Assembly (NCBI GenBank): GCA_965601925.1
Contig: OZ271854.1
Span: 2,272,001 to 2,336,000 of the forward strand
Reading direction: 5' to 3'
Source of the DNA: Alkalispirochaeta sp.
Lineage (GTDB): Bacteria > Spirochaetota > Spirochaetia > DSM-27196 > Alkalispirochaetaceae
Length of the DNA: 64,000 nt
Below are positions 19,807 to 29,392 of the stretch, piece by piece. The notes under the pieces were generated by a model. It had not been told where the DNA came from. It did no database searches and saw only the letters and a program-made list of their open reading frames with translations. Positions within the stretch are counted from its first letter, which is position 1. Each line of letters begins with the position of its first letter. The position numbers and the translations under genes were made by a program.

Positions 19807-20883
19807 ATGGCTGTGAAAAAAGAGGCTCCGGACATCGATCACATTCGCAATCTCGTGTTTCAAGGCGGCGGCGTACGCGGTATCGCGTACGTCGGCGCCC
19901 TACAAGTATTGGAGAGCGTCGGCGTCACGAAACACATACGGCGGGTGTGCGGTTCCTCGGCGGGAGCGGTTACCGCCGCGCTGTTCGCCCTTTACGAGGG
20001 AGACGTTGCAAAGATTAAGACGGTGCAACAGGATACCGACTTTTCCCGATTTGCCGACGATCCCGGCGGACCGATTGGAGGCATCGTCCGACTATGGCGC
20101 CGTTTCGGGTGGCACAAAGGAGACGCCTTTTCGCGATGGATAGAGGGGCAGGTCCTATCGAGTCGCGGTGTACGACACATCAGTTTTGCCGATCTCAAGA
20201 AACGGAGCGGCATCGATGTGGTCCTGACGGGGTTCAACTACACAAGGGGGCGTACGATCCTCATGTCGAGCGAGACCACCCCCGATCTCTACGTCGATCG
20301 CGCCGTTCGGATTTCCATGTCGATTCCTCTCTATTTCGCCGGGGTTTTCATCGACGGGAACAATTTCGCGCCCGATACCGGTGCGATCATCGGTAATCCT
20401 GAGAATAAAAGGGTGCACGGGAGGCGGCGCGGCCTGGTGGTCGACGGAGGTACGGTAGACAGGTATCCGATTCGTGTCTTTGATCTGCCCCCGTATGCCG
20501 ACCACCCGTTGGACGGCGAAATCATCGTCGACAGCGAAGATCGTAGCGGCCGGTTTAACAAATCGACCCTCGGGTTTCGGTTGTCGCCGCTGCCGGACGA
20601 TGGAGTGCCGATCGTCGACGGGAAGATCGGAGACAAAAATGTAGCGGCGTACGCGATGGGTCTGGTCTCCATACTACATAGTTACGCCAACGATCGCCAC
20701 TTAGATCCCGAGGATTGGCACCGCACCATTCGCATCGAGCCGGACCCGCCGATCTCTCGCATCGATTTCTCTTTGGACCGCGCGCAGCAGAATTCCCTCA
20801 TCCGGAACGGCGTCACAGCCACCGAGAGGTACCTTTCCGATTACAGCACGGAGTGGCGCAACCACCCGCGCTACCGCACATAA
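19807..20883 (+). CDS. Patatin-like phospholipase
   Basis: NLVFQGGGVRG, GSSAG, RISMSIPLYF, VDGG. Confidence 0.93.
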   Translation: MAVKKEAPDIDHIRNLVFQGGGVRGIAYVGALQVLESVGVTKHIRRVCGSSAGAVTAALFALYEGDVAKIKTVQQDTDFSRFADDPGGPIGGIVRLWRRFGWHKGDAFSRWIEGQVLSSRGVRHISFADLKKRSGIDVVLTGFNYTRGRTILMSSETTPDLYVDRAVRISMSIPLYFAGVFIDGNNFAPDTGAIIGNPENKRVHGRRRGLVVDGGTVDRYPIRVFDLPPYADHPLDGEIIVDSEDRSGRFNKSTLGFRLSPLPDDGVPIVDGKIGDKNVAAYAMGLVSILHSYANDRHLDPEDWHRTIRIEPDPPISRIDFSLDRAQQNSLIRNGVTATERYLSDYSTEWRNHPRYRT

Positions 20884-21035
20884 AAACCGCAAACGCCGGA
20901 CGCCGCGCATCGGTGCTCACCCGCGGACAGACGCGCCTGCCCTCCGGAGTCACGCGTCGGCTCCGGCACGCCTCACCACACCACGGATTGTAATCTCACA
21001 TGCACGGCACTATATTCAGTGCCGAGGAACACCAC

Positions 21036-22019
21036 ATGAAACGTACTCGACAGTCCCTATCTTTGGACCCCAGAGTCTGGCAACACCCTGCGGATCGTGG
21101 AGCTCTCGCCGCGCTGCAGCGGGCAAAGGGGATCGACGATATCGTGCAGCGCGTCATCGGACTCACCCAGGAGCGGTCGTTGCGACTCATTCACCTCGCC
21201 TCCTCGGTGCGCGTCGGGGAACGGCAGTTCCCGAGGGTACACGAGGCGATGCGCGAAGCGAGCGCGGTGTTCGGCGTGGACGCCCCCGAGGTCTTCGTCT
21301 CTCAGAGCCCTTTTTGGAATGCCGCCGCAATCGGGGCCGACAAGCCGTTCGTCGTCATGCAGAGTAGCTTTCTCTCACAAATAGACGACGACGAGTTATT
21401 GGCCGTCATGGGGCACGAGTTGGGTCACATTCTCTGCGGGCACGTACTGTACAAAACACTGCTGTGGCTGCTCCTCAGTTTCTCCTTCAATCTCATTCGT
21501 ATTCCCGGAGCCAATCTGATACTTGGGCCCGTGCTGCTCGCTTTGCGTGAGTGGGATCGCAAAAGCGAACTCTCGGCCGACCGGGCCGGGCTTCTTGCGA
21601 CTCAGGACGAGGAGCCCAACCATCGCCTCCTCATGAAACTCGCCGGCGGCTCCGATCTGGGGCAGATGAACGTGAATGAGTTCTTCCTTCAAGCCGCGGA
21701 GTACGAGGAAGATGAGAACGGCATAAACCACGTCCATAAGCTTCTGAATATGATGTGGAATACCCATCCTTTTGCCGTGGTACGTCTCAAGGAACTCAAA
21801 ACGTGGGTGGACGACGGTTCGTACGAGGCGGTGCTCTCCGGTGCCGCCGGTCCCGATACACTCGACGACGCCGACGATTTCACAGGCGCTCGCGACTACT
21901 ATCAGGAGCAGTTCGTTCGCGCCCGCCGTAAGGTCGAGGAGACGGTCGGTACGATCAAGGACGAGGCCGTAGAGGCGGCCAAGCAGGTCGGTGATGCACT
22001 ACGGGGACTCCTCTCGTAG
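21036..22019 (+). CDS. M48 family zinc metallopeptidase
   Basis: SD GAGGA; HELGH, ELSADRAG, THPF..R. Confidence 0.93.
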   Translation: MKRTRQSLSLDPRVWQHPADRGALAALQRAKGIDDIVQRVIGLTQERSLRLIHLASSVRVGERQFPRVHEAMREASAVFGVDAPEVFVSQSPFWNAAAIGADKPFVVMQSSFLSQIDDDELLAVMGHELGHILCGHVLYKTLLWLLLSFSFNLIRIPGANLILGPVLLALREWDRKSELSADRAGLLATQDEEPNHRLLMKLAGGSDLGQMNVNEFFLQAAEYEEDENGINHVHKLLNMMWNTHPFAVVRLKELKTWVDDGSYEAVLSGAAGPDTLDDADDFTGARDYYQEQFVRARRKVEETVGTIKDEAVEAAKQVGDALRGLLS

Positions 22020-22085
22020 GGCCGCGGTGCGATTGCCCAGCGGTATCGGTCCCATCCCCAATAGATAACGTGTATGCTCCGGCGA

Positions 22086-22733
22086 TCAATCGGAGCCGTG
22101 CGTCTCCCGCCGCCTATGATAGTAGCGGCTCGCCTTTGATCGATTGCCGCATATTTGCATGGTGCACCACTGTCGGCTTCTGTTTTTGCTCGTATCCAAA
22201 AAAAGATACCCGCATGTCGCGTTCGCGCACCGCTTCAGTCGTCGACGGTCGCCGTCAATGATGAGATCCGCCGCGCCCTTGACGATCGGCTGCAAAAAAC
22301 CGAGCGGAGTGCGCGATACGTCGGGAAAACTCCACCGATGGCCGTGCTCGTCCGAGACTATCTCGATGCGCCGGAGGGACCGCCGCACCAACGCGTTGAA
22401 TCGATCCCACCTCTTCGCTTCGGGCGTTCGCGCGTCGATGATCGCCGCAAATGTCCCGTACAGCGTCTCTCGTGCGACGATTATTTCGCGGTATAACGGC
22501 TCGGTGTCATCGCCGTGCGTCGCCTCGATCAGTCGCTCCGTCGTCGGCGGGTCGATTATACGTACACGCTCGGCCCAGCCCACCGCATCGGCGTAGGTCG
22601 AGAGCCACTCGTATTCCTTCTCGGTCGTGCGGTTATCGACGGTATTCAAGAAATCCATGACAGGGTGGTTACCGCTCAGCGTGATGTGGCCGAACTTCTT
22701 CCGCTTCCGTGCAATCAGCTCTTGTGCGGTCAT
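22086..22733 (-). CDS. ABATE / CGNR zinc-finger protein
   Basis: DFLNTVD; RLKRCANATCGYLFLDTSKNRSRQWCTMQICGNRSK. Confidence 0.93.
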   Translation of the reverse strand: MTAQELIARKRKKFGHITLSGNHPVMDFLNTVDNRTTEKEYEWLSTYADAVGWAERVRIIDPPTTERLIEATHGDDTEPLYREIIVARETLYGTFAAIIDARTPEAKRWDRFNALVRRSLRRIEIVSDEHGHRWSFPDVSRTPLGFLQPIVKGAADLIIDGDRRRLKRCANATCGYLFLDTSKNRSRQWCTMQICGNRSKASRYYHRRRETHGSD

Positions 22734-23257
22734 TTCGGCTCACTCAACGTAGCATCGGGTACGATCTCATACCTCAAGATCGGACGATAGTCTCGTCTAC
22801 GCGCTACCTCGACGAATCCGAGCCGTCTGTACACCTCGTCGACGCCCATGAATGCACCGACCGCGGACGTAGCGTGGCGATTCGGATACGCCTCCACAAC
22901 GGTCGCTCCTTCCCTTGCGGCGTACGTCACCGCGTGCCGGACGAGGATCGGAAGTAGGCCGCGGTTCCGATGGGTAGACAACAAGTAAAAGCATACGATC
23001 GACCAAACCTCTCGACCGTCGACGGGTTTCAGAGTGGGGGACCTATTCAACGCGGGGTAATGACGGCGCGGCCCGATCGAACACCATCCTATCGGCTTTT
23101 GATGTTCGTAAAAGAGAACGCCCGGCGTCGTACCGGCGTCGACGATCTTCTTGAAGGCTGCGCGGTTGCCGGCGTTACCATTTTGTTCAAGCTCCTTGCG
23201 GGTAATACGCCAATACATACACCAACAACCGGAGCACGCACCGTTGCGACCGAACAC
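22730..23257 (-). CDS. GNAT acetyltransferase with a CxxCWC motif (5' end uncertain)
   Basis: GACSGCWCMYWR, GWCSIGPR, WSIVCFY, HRNRG, VEAYP, LGFVEV; family-like sequence continues upstream of the first canonical start. Confidence 0.85.
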   Translation of the reverse strand: MFGRNGACSGCWCMYWRITRKELEQNGNAGNRAAFKKIVDAGTTPGVLFYEHQKPIGWCSIGPRRHYPALNRSPTLKPVDGREVWSIVCFYLLSTHRNRGLLPILVRHAVTYAAREGATVVEAYPNRHATSAVGAFMGVDEVYRRLGFVEVARRRDYRPILRYEIVPDATLSEPK

Positions 23258-23466
23258 CGTCTTCAGATCGTCCCACCGTTTCGAGTTCAGCGGTCGCGCG
23301 TGCCGATGCGATACGAGCGCTCCGTAGCGGCTCGGCAGGAAGTCGACGCGATAAACGTCGGTCAGTTCGGGAGAGGCGGGGGCGTCCGCAGCGGCTTGTG
23401 ACGTTACGCCGCGGAGTCGGACGATTCATGATTGTCCTGCGTTCGCGTCGCATTACACTATCTCTT

Positions 23467-23910
23467 TCAATCGTTAAGGTCTGCGGGCGATGTGTCGCCG
23501 AGGGCGGCGGACAGAGCGGCCCAGGGTAGCAGGGCGCAGCGTCTGCGCGTCGGGTTGGTCTTGAGGTGGTCGAATACTTCCAAGGTGGAGAGCGTCTCCG
23601 GCAGTTCATGCTCATCGCTCGCTACGTAGGACTGGAAGACCGTTACCGCCTCTCGTGCGGCGGCTTGCGATAGCCCCCTCACCGCGTCGGTCATGAGAGA
23701 CGCCGAGGCGCTACATATGGCGCAACCGCGCACCCGATAGCCTATCTCATCTATCACGTCGTTCTCTATACGGAGTCCGACCTCGACGCTGTCGCCGCAG
23801 GTCGGATTCGCATGAGACGCCGTATGAGTCGGGTCGTCCGGAAGAACGCCGTTTTGTGCGGAACGCGCGTGTTCGAGTATGATCTCGCGGACGACCGATC
23901 GATCCAACAC
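23467..23910 (-). CDS. SufU/IscU-type (NifU_N) Fe-S scaffold or sulfur-transfer protein
   Basis: NPTCGD, GCAICSASASLM, PTRRRCALLPW. Confidence 0.92.
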   Translation of the reverse strand: MLDRSVVREIILEHARSAQNGVLPDDPTHTASHANPTCGDSVEVGLRIENDVIDEIGYRVRGCAICSASASLMTDAVRGLSQAAAREAVTVFQSYVASDEHELPETLSTLEVFDHLKTNPTRRRCALLPWAALSAALGDTSPADLND

Positions 23911-24921
23911 TTAACCGTCTCCCATCCGTTGGTCGTCTGTCCGCGCGACGCCGAGAACCTCGGCTACGACGCTTAAGGCGATCTCCTCGGGGCCTCGCGC
24001 ATCCAAGTCTATGCCGGCCGGCACAAAGAGGGGTTCCGTCGCCGCATCGATGCCGGCATCGGTCAACGCGTCGATCACCTCCAAGGCCCTCTTGCGGCTA
24101 CCGATCATCCCGACGTACGCGGCGCCGGCGCGTAGTGCGTCACGCACGAAGAGCGAGTCCATCGGGTGGTGGCCAGCGATCACGACGATCGACGCAGCGC
24201 GAAAATCGAGATCGTCGTAGCGCTCCGTCACGCACCGACAGCGCACCTGCGAGGGGTACCGCTCGTCCTCGACACGCGGTGAGGCGACGGTTACCTCATA
24301 GGCGATCTGCGCGAACATGCGCGCCAGCGCCTCGGTGATGCGCGTATCTCCCACAATAAGCACCGCTCCCGACGGAGTCGGCGCTCCCGGTGAGAAGGAG
24401 ATGCCCAGGTCTTTTTTTTCTCGCAAAGCGCCCGCATCTCGCTCCCGGCTTCGTGCCACCGCGCGGGCTGCGACGCGATACACGTCTGCGGTCTCCTCAA
24501 TAGCGACGCGTTCCTCGGTCCATTGAGGTACCATATTGAGACTTTCCAAAAGAAATGACAGTTCGGCCTCCCCGCGCGAGGGACGCGGAAGTGTAATCGC
24601 TTCCGGAGGAAGCGACGGCTCGATGAACACATGCATCGTGCCGCCGCACGCGATACCGAGGCCGAATACCTCGTCGTCGAGATCGACCAGTACCGTACGC
24701 GGCACTCTCTCGGCCACGGCGGCCAACGCATTCTCGGAGACGAAGCTTTCTGCACATCCGCCGCCGACCCACCCGAATACGTTGCGCCCCGTCTCGTCGA
24801 ACAGCGCCTTGGAACCGACTCGTGCCGATGCGGAGCCGCGCACTTCCACGACGGTGGCGATTGCGAACGGCCGCCCGGTCGCGGCGCACTCGGCTAAGGC
24901 ATCGAGGAATCGGCGGTTCAT
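23911..24921 (-). CDS. XdhC/CoxI family molybdenum-cofactor chaperone
   Basis: ATVVEVRGSAS, GWVGGGCAE, GIACGGTMHVFIEP, YVGMIGSRKR, PAGIDL...PEEIALSVVAE. Confidence 0.92.
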   Translation of the reverse strand: MNRRFLDALAECAATGRPFAIATVVEVRGSASARVGSKALFDETGRNVFGWVGGGCAESFVSENALAAVAERVPRTVLVDLDDEVFGLGIACGGTMHVFIEPSLPPEAITLPRPSRGEAELSFLLESLNMVPQWTEERVAIEETADVYRVAARAVARSRERDAGALREKKDLGISFSPGAPTPSGAVLIVGDTRITEALARMFAQIAYEVTVASPRVEDERYPSQVRCRCVTERYDDLDFRAASIVVIAGHHPMDSLFVRDALRAGAAYVGMIGSRKRALEVIDALTDAGIDAATEPLFVPAGIDLDARGPEEIALSVVAEVLGVARTDDQRMGDG

Positions 24922-25382
24922 GGTGCTCTCCGTTCGGATTCGAAATTCCGTACGCGTGATGTGCCCAGATAGCGCTCCAGTCCGGCGATGCAGGCCGCCC
25001 ACCCGTCCCGATGCATCCGGTGTATCTGCGCTTCGTCCGGCAGTGCGTGGTATAGAACCAGATCGGTTCTTTCGCGTCCCCTCGGGGTCAGCTCGACGGT
25101 CACGACGGTGTCTTGTACCAGATCGTTGCTCCAGGTAAACACGAGGCGGTCCGGAGGGTCGATCTCTCGATATTCGCCCCATTGCGCGATCGACCGTCCG
25201 TCGGGTGCGTGCATCGTGATCGTGTAGGCGCCGCCGACACGGGGATCACCCGAAACGTCTGCGCTCCAGTCGGCACCGGCAAAGAACCATTGCGCCATGA
25301 TTGCAGGGTCGGTGAGGGCGGAAAAGACCGCCTCCGGAAGCGCCGAGAGGCTGCGCTTCACAACGAGTACCGCATCACTCAT
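24918..25382 (-). CDS. SRPBCC/AHSA1 (START-like) domain protein
   Basis: PEAVFSALTDP..MAQWF, DPRVGG.Y, GEYREIDPPDRLVFTW, HRDGW. Confidence 0.92.
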   Translation of the reverse strand: MSDAVLVVKRSLSALPEAVFSALTDPAIMAQWFFAGADWSADVSGDPRVGGAYTITMHAPDGRSIAQWGEYREIDPPDRLVFTWSNDLVQDTVVTVELTPRGRERTDLVLYHALPDEAQIHRMHRDGWAACIAGLERYLGTSRVRNFESERRAP

Positions 25383-25758
25383 CGACAGGTCCGCCCATCT
25401 TCGCCACCGACCGTTCGGCCGCGCCGTCGTTCGAACCGATCGAGCGCCGTAGGTACGTGTCGAGTTCGTCCAATCGAGCATTCCAGTGAGCGTGGAGTTC
25501 GCGTATGGTTCGTTCCGCTTCGTCCAGGGAACGTACGTTGATACGGCATCTGATCGTGCGTCCCTCCCGTTCCTTGGTGACCAGGCGCGCGCTTTCGAGT
25601 ATCTTGATGTGCTTTGATACCGCCGCCAGACTCATGGAGAAGGGTCGTGCCAACTCCGATACCGGGGCGGGGTGCTGTGCCAAGGTGCGTAGTATGGCGC
25701 GCCGCGTCGAATCGGAGAGGGCATGAAAAATCCGATCGACCGTGACCTGATCGTTCAC
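25375..25758 (-). CDS. ArsR/SmtB family repressor
   Basis: DRIFHALSDSTRRAIL, VSELARPFSMSLAAVSKHIKILE, REGR. Confidence 0.94.
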   Translation of the reverse strand: MNDQVTVDRIFHALSDSTRRAILRTLAQHPAPVSELARPFSMSLAAVSKHIKILESARLVTKEREGRTIRCRINVRSLDEAERTIRELHAHWNARLDELDTYLRRSIGSNDGAAERSVAKMGGPVDE

Positions 25759-25776
25759 CCCTCTATTGTATGCGAA

Positions 25777-26211
25777 TCACATTCCTTTGCGTAAGTCCTC
25801 GCCCCCCGCGAGGCGCGAGCGCAGGTTTTGCATGAATAATCCCCACCCCGCCTTGTGCAGGGCGAACGCATCGTCTCCCGCGCCGCCGTCGGCAAATCCC
25901 GAGTGGTGGAGCGTAACGCGAGTGATGGATTCCCCCTCTTCAATCGCAAAGGAGACCGTCGTCGGGCCGGCGCCGAAGTCCCAGTCGTACTCCACCCGTT
26001 CACCGGGACGCAGGGAGAGAAAGGTGCCGGTGCGCTCGTGATCGGTAGTGCCGTCGTCGCGGGCAAACGCGAAGTGGTACGAGCCCCCTTCCCGCACGTC
26101 GGTGCTCGCTCGGGAGGGAAACCACTCTTGGAGTTTGGAACCCTCGGTGAGATACGAATAGACCGTGGACGAGTCCGCCGATACCTGAATCGAATGGCGT
26201 ATCGTTCGCAT
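25777..26211 (-). CDS. SRPBCC/AHSA1 domain protein
   Basis: SD AGGAGG; VYSYLT..LQEWF, DVREGGSY, TRVTLHHSGF, GWGLFMQNL. Confidence 0.92.
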   Translation of the reverse strand: MRTIRHSIQVSADSSTVYSYLTEGSKLQEWFPSRASTDVREGGSYHFAFARDDGTTDHERTGTFLSLRPGERVEYDWDFGAGPTTVSFAIEEGESITRVTLHHSGFADGGAGDDAFALHKAGWGLFMQNLRSRLAGGEDLRKGM

Positions 26212-26226
26212 AGAACCTCCTGATAA

Positions 26227-26282
26227 TCAACTGATTGGTTCAATATATCGGAAGGTGTAATAATATTCAACCATTTGGTTTA
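26227..26282 (-). promoter_or_regulatory. Promoter and twin ArsR-type operators of the SRPBCC-ArsR operon
   Basis: Minus strand TTGAAT(26270-26265)-N17-TATATT(26247-26242); flanked by near-palindromes TCAACTGATTGGTTCA (26227-26242) and TCAACCATTTGGTTTA (26267-26282). Confidence 0.8.
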
Positions 26283-26368
26283 GTATTTTCGGACCTGCGT
26301 GAGTCGTCTTGCTCGTCTGAGACGACGATTGACGATGAGGGTGTGATTCGTGCGATGATTCATCCGTT

Positions 26369-26773
26369 ATGGATTTCTTCGTACCCTTCATGGTGCTCTT
26401 GGTTTCGATATTTCTGGCGCGTATTATCAACGAGCGGTCGTATAAGACGATTTCAACGGAGGAAAAGGCGCGTTTAATCGATCTCTTCTCTCGTTCACGT
26501 ATCGTCGGACTCGCAATTATTATCGTCTTGATCGCATTTCTGTTTCTCGCCCCGCAGTGGGGTGTGCTCTCCGCTACGACGACCCTTGCGGTGTACATCG
26601 CATCTCTTCTGGTCTATTTTGCGGCGTTTACGGTGCACTCATTTCGCGTCCTTCGCCGTAACGGATACGAACGCTCTTTTATTCGACTGTACTCTCTCGG
26701 CGTCATCGTGCGATTTGCGGGACTTGCGATATTCTTTGCGATTTTCGCCGGTGACGTTACCAGACTTTTTTGA
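26369..26773 (+). CDS. Small membrane protein (about 4 TM), unknown function
   Basis: 134 aa with four hydrophobic segments separated by basic loops. Confidence 0.75.
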   Translation: MDFFVPFMVLLVSIFLARIINERSYKTISTEEKARLIDLFSRSRIVGLAIIIVLIAFLFLAPQWGVLSATTTLAVYIASLLVYFAAFTVHSFRVLRRNGYERSFIRLYSLGVIVRFAGLAIFFAIFAGDVTRLF

Positions 26774-26825
26774 CCGCTCGAAGCGCTCCATTCGGGACAC
26801 TCCTCGAGAAACGGAAGGACTCGGC

Positions 26826-27806
26826 ATGAACGATCGTGTAAATATCAAGAAAATCGACATACTCTCGGACAATTGGTACGTACTCAAAAAGGTAACGTTC
26901 GACTACCGCCGGGGCGACGGATCGTGGCATACCCAGGAGCGCGAGGCGTACGATCGAGGTAACGGCGCCACGATCCTCCTATACAACCGCGAGCACGGTA
27001 CCGTCGTCCTGACGCGTCAGTTCCGCGTACCGACCTACATAAACGGGAATCCTACCGGAATGCTGATCGAGGCGTGTGCCGGACTCTTAGATGACGACGA
27101 TCCCGCAACGTGTATACGGCGAGAGACGGAGGAGGAGACCGGATACGCAATCTCCGGGGTCGAACACGTCGGCAAGGCCTATATGTCCCCGGGATCGGTC
27201 ACCGAGGTCGTCCATTTTTTCATTGCCGAGTACTCCGCGGAGATGAAGGTTCACGACGGCGGCGGACTCGATCACGAGCACGAGGACATAGAAGTGCTGG
27301 AGATACCTTTCGCGGAAGCGACTGCCATGATCGGTCGCGGCGAGATTCAGGACGGAAAGACGATCATGCTTCTCCAGTACGCGCGTATTGCCGGTCTGTT
27401 TCGGGACGCGCCGATCGACCGGCCGCTGCACGTCCTCGTTGCGGGACCGTATCGGTCGGGAACGGGTGATGATCCGGCATTGATTCGGGACAACGTAGCG
27501 TATATGAACCGTGTCGCCCTCGAGGTGTGGGAGCGGGGGCACCTACCGGTTCTCGGGGAGTGGTACGCGCTTCCGTTGATTGAGACCGCCGGCTCCCGTG
27601 AGCCCGGCGATGCGGTTTTTGACCGGATTTTTCACCCCGCGGCGATGCGCCTCGTGCCCCACTGCGACGCCGTGCTGCGCGTCGGAGGTGCATCACGGGG
27701 AGCCGACGAGATGGTGCGTGTGGGCCGCGAACACGGTAAACTCATTTTCCGTGATCTGGGGGAGTTACCCGACCGCGCGGACCGACGAGCCGGCGGCGTC
27801 GGTTAA
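26826..27806 (+). CDS. nudK: NudK-type GDP-mannose pyrophosphatase fused to a DUF4406/nucleoside-deoxyribosyltransferase-like domain
   Basis: [55 protein letters not shown]; then VAGPYRSG...[15 protein letters not shown]. Confidence 0.9.
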   Translation: MNDRVNIKKIDILSDNWYVLKKVTFDYRRGDGSWHTQEREAYDRGNGATILLYNREHGTVVLTRQFRVPTYINGNPTGMLIEACAGLLDDDDPATCIRRETEEETGYAISGVEHVGKAYMSPGSVTEVVHFFIAEYSAEMKVHDGGGLDHEHEDIEVLEIPFAEATAMIGRGEIQDGKTIMLLQYARIAGLFRDAPIDRPLHVLVAGPYRSGTGDDPALIRDNVAYMNRVALEVWERGHLPVLGEWYALPLIETAGSREPGDAVFDRIFHPAAMRLVPHCDAVLRVGGASRGADEMVRVGREHGKLIFRDLGELPDRADRRAGGVG

Positions 27807-28213
27807 TCCGCCGGTACCGCCGCCATTGCATCAATTTCCATCAGATAGTCGGGATGCGCCAACCCCGCAACGAACAGAACGGTAACAAGCGGCGGATTGG
27901 GACGGTCCCCCCATACACGCGTGAAGGCGTCGAATGCCGGCCTCGGATCGGCGCCCTGTACGACGTACACGCTCCATTTCACGATGTGTTCCATCCTCGC
28001 GCCGCCCGCTCGTAGGGCTATCTCCAGATTCGTGAATATCTGCCGGGCTTGTGCTCCGATATCCCCGATACCCACGATCGTGCCCGAAGCATCGACGGCA
28101 TTCTGTCCGCCGACGTGTACATTCCGCACGTGACCCGGGACGACGACGACCTGCGAGTAAGCGGGATTTTTGTGGAGACCCTCGGGATTGAGATACTCGA
28201 TCGCGGTAGACAT
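27803..28213 (-). CDS. RidA/YjgF/UK114 family protein
   Basis: [40 protein letters not shown]. Confidence 0.92.
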   Translation of the reverse strand: MSTAIEYLNPEGLHKNPAYSQVVVVPGHVRNVHVGGQNAVDASGTIVGIGDIGAQARQIFTNLEIALRAGGARMEHIVKWSVYVVQGADPRPAFDAFTRVWGDRPNPPLVTVLFVAGLAHPDYLMEIDAMAAVPAD

Positions 28214-28354
28214 AGATTTCCTCCCTGATTGTCGGCCTTGGGGTAAGGGTACAATCGGCGCAGTCGGATCGAACAGTAGTCACTTTTTTGTATCTCCGGA
28301 ACGTACATCAACCGAACGGCGACTCGTTCTATCGCCCCCTCGTCGCGGCGCGCG

Positions 28355-29341
28355 TCACTCTTGCATCGATGAGCCGATCGCATCGGGGATTGTCACATCC
28401 ACCGCCGTTGAGACGACTCTGTTTTTGCCTGCGGCCTTTCCCTCATACAACGCATCATCGGCGCGTCGAATGTTATCGTTCATCGATAGGCGCGATACAT
28501 ATTCGGCGACTCCGATGGTCACCGTGATCGTGACCGCCACATCCTCCCACACCACCGCGTCCTCGGCCAACGCGAGGCGAACTTTTTCGGCGGTTGTGGT
28601 TGCTCCGCGAAGGTTCGTCTGCGGCAGCAGTATCAGAAACTCCTCGCCGCCCCAGCGTGCCACGGTATCCTCCGGTCGCAGGAGACGGCTCATCGAGCGG
28701 GCGACGTGACGAATGACGGTATCGCCGCAGTTGTGGCCGTAAGTATCGTTTATGGACTTGAAGTTATCGATATCGATAATCAAGAGCGCCATCGTTTCGT
28801 GGTGACGAGTTATGCGACCGGCCTCGCTTCTCAATCTGCTGGTCATGTATCGTCGATTGTAGACGTGTGTTAAATCGTCGATCATCGACAGCTCTCGTAG
28901 TCGATCGAGGGCGCGTGACAAGGCCCTGTTTTTGCGCTTCAGCTGATCGGCGAAGTGGCTCAGCTCCTCGCGGGTTCGCTTGAGTTCGATGTGCGTTTTT
29001 ACTCGAACCAGCAGTTCCTCGGGATTGACCGGTTTTGCAATATAGTCCCGCCCTCCGGCGCGGAAGCCCTCGATGATGTGTTCCGTGTCTCCGCTTCCGG
29101 CTATGAAAATGACCGGTATGTCGCGCGTCTCGACGCGCGAGGTGATACGACGACACACCTCGTAGCCGTCCAGATCGGGCATGACAACATCGAGAAGAAT
29201 CAAATCGGGCGTAATGTGTCCCGCGAGGTGTACTGCATCGGCACCGTCTCGGGCCACCGCGACGTCATATCGACCTTTTAGCAACTCTCCGAGGAGACGC
29301 AATGTGGTTGGATCGTCGTCTACAATTAAGACCGTATCCAT
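28355..29341 (-). CDS. Response regulator diguanylate cyclase (REC-GGEEF)
   Basis: VLIVDDD, LILLDVVMP, YIAKP; DDLTHVYNRR, RPED I-site, RWGGEEF. Confidence 0.96.
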   Translation of the reverse strand: MDTVLIVDDDPTTLRLLGELLKGRYDVAVARDGADAVHLAGHITPDLILLDVVMPDLDGYEVCRRITSRVETRDIPVIFIAGSGDTEHIIEGFRAGGRDYIAKPVNPEELLVRVKTHIELKRTREELSHFADQLKRKNRALSRALDRLRELSMIDDLTHVYNRRYMTSRLRSEAGRITRHHETMALLIIDIDNFKSINDTYGHNCGDTVIRHVARSMSRLLRPEDTVARWGGEEFLILLPQTNLRGATTTAEKVRLALAEDAVVWEDVAVTITVTIGVAEYVSRLSMNDNIRRADDALYEGKAAGKNRVVSTAVDVTIPDAIGSSMQE

Positions 29342-29392
29342 TTTATTCTTACATTGTACACGGATAGCGGCCGACTGCCAGCCACCGTGCGA

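Noticed and set aside
19807..20883. Patatin as a CBASS CapV-type defence effector
   Set aside because: No CD-NTase or other defence gene nearby; the neighbours are lipid-related.
21005..21024. CGGCACT-N6-AGTGCCG palindrome upstream of the M48 peptidase
   Set aside because: A single 7-bp inverted repeat with no second copy or assignable regulator; could be chance.
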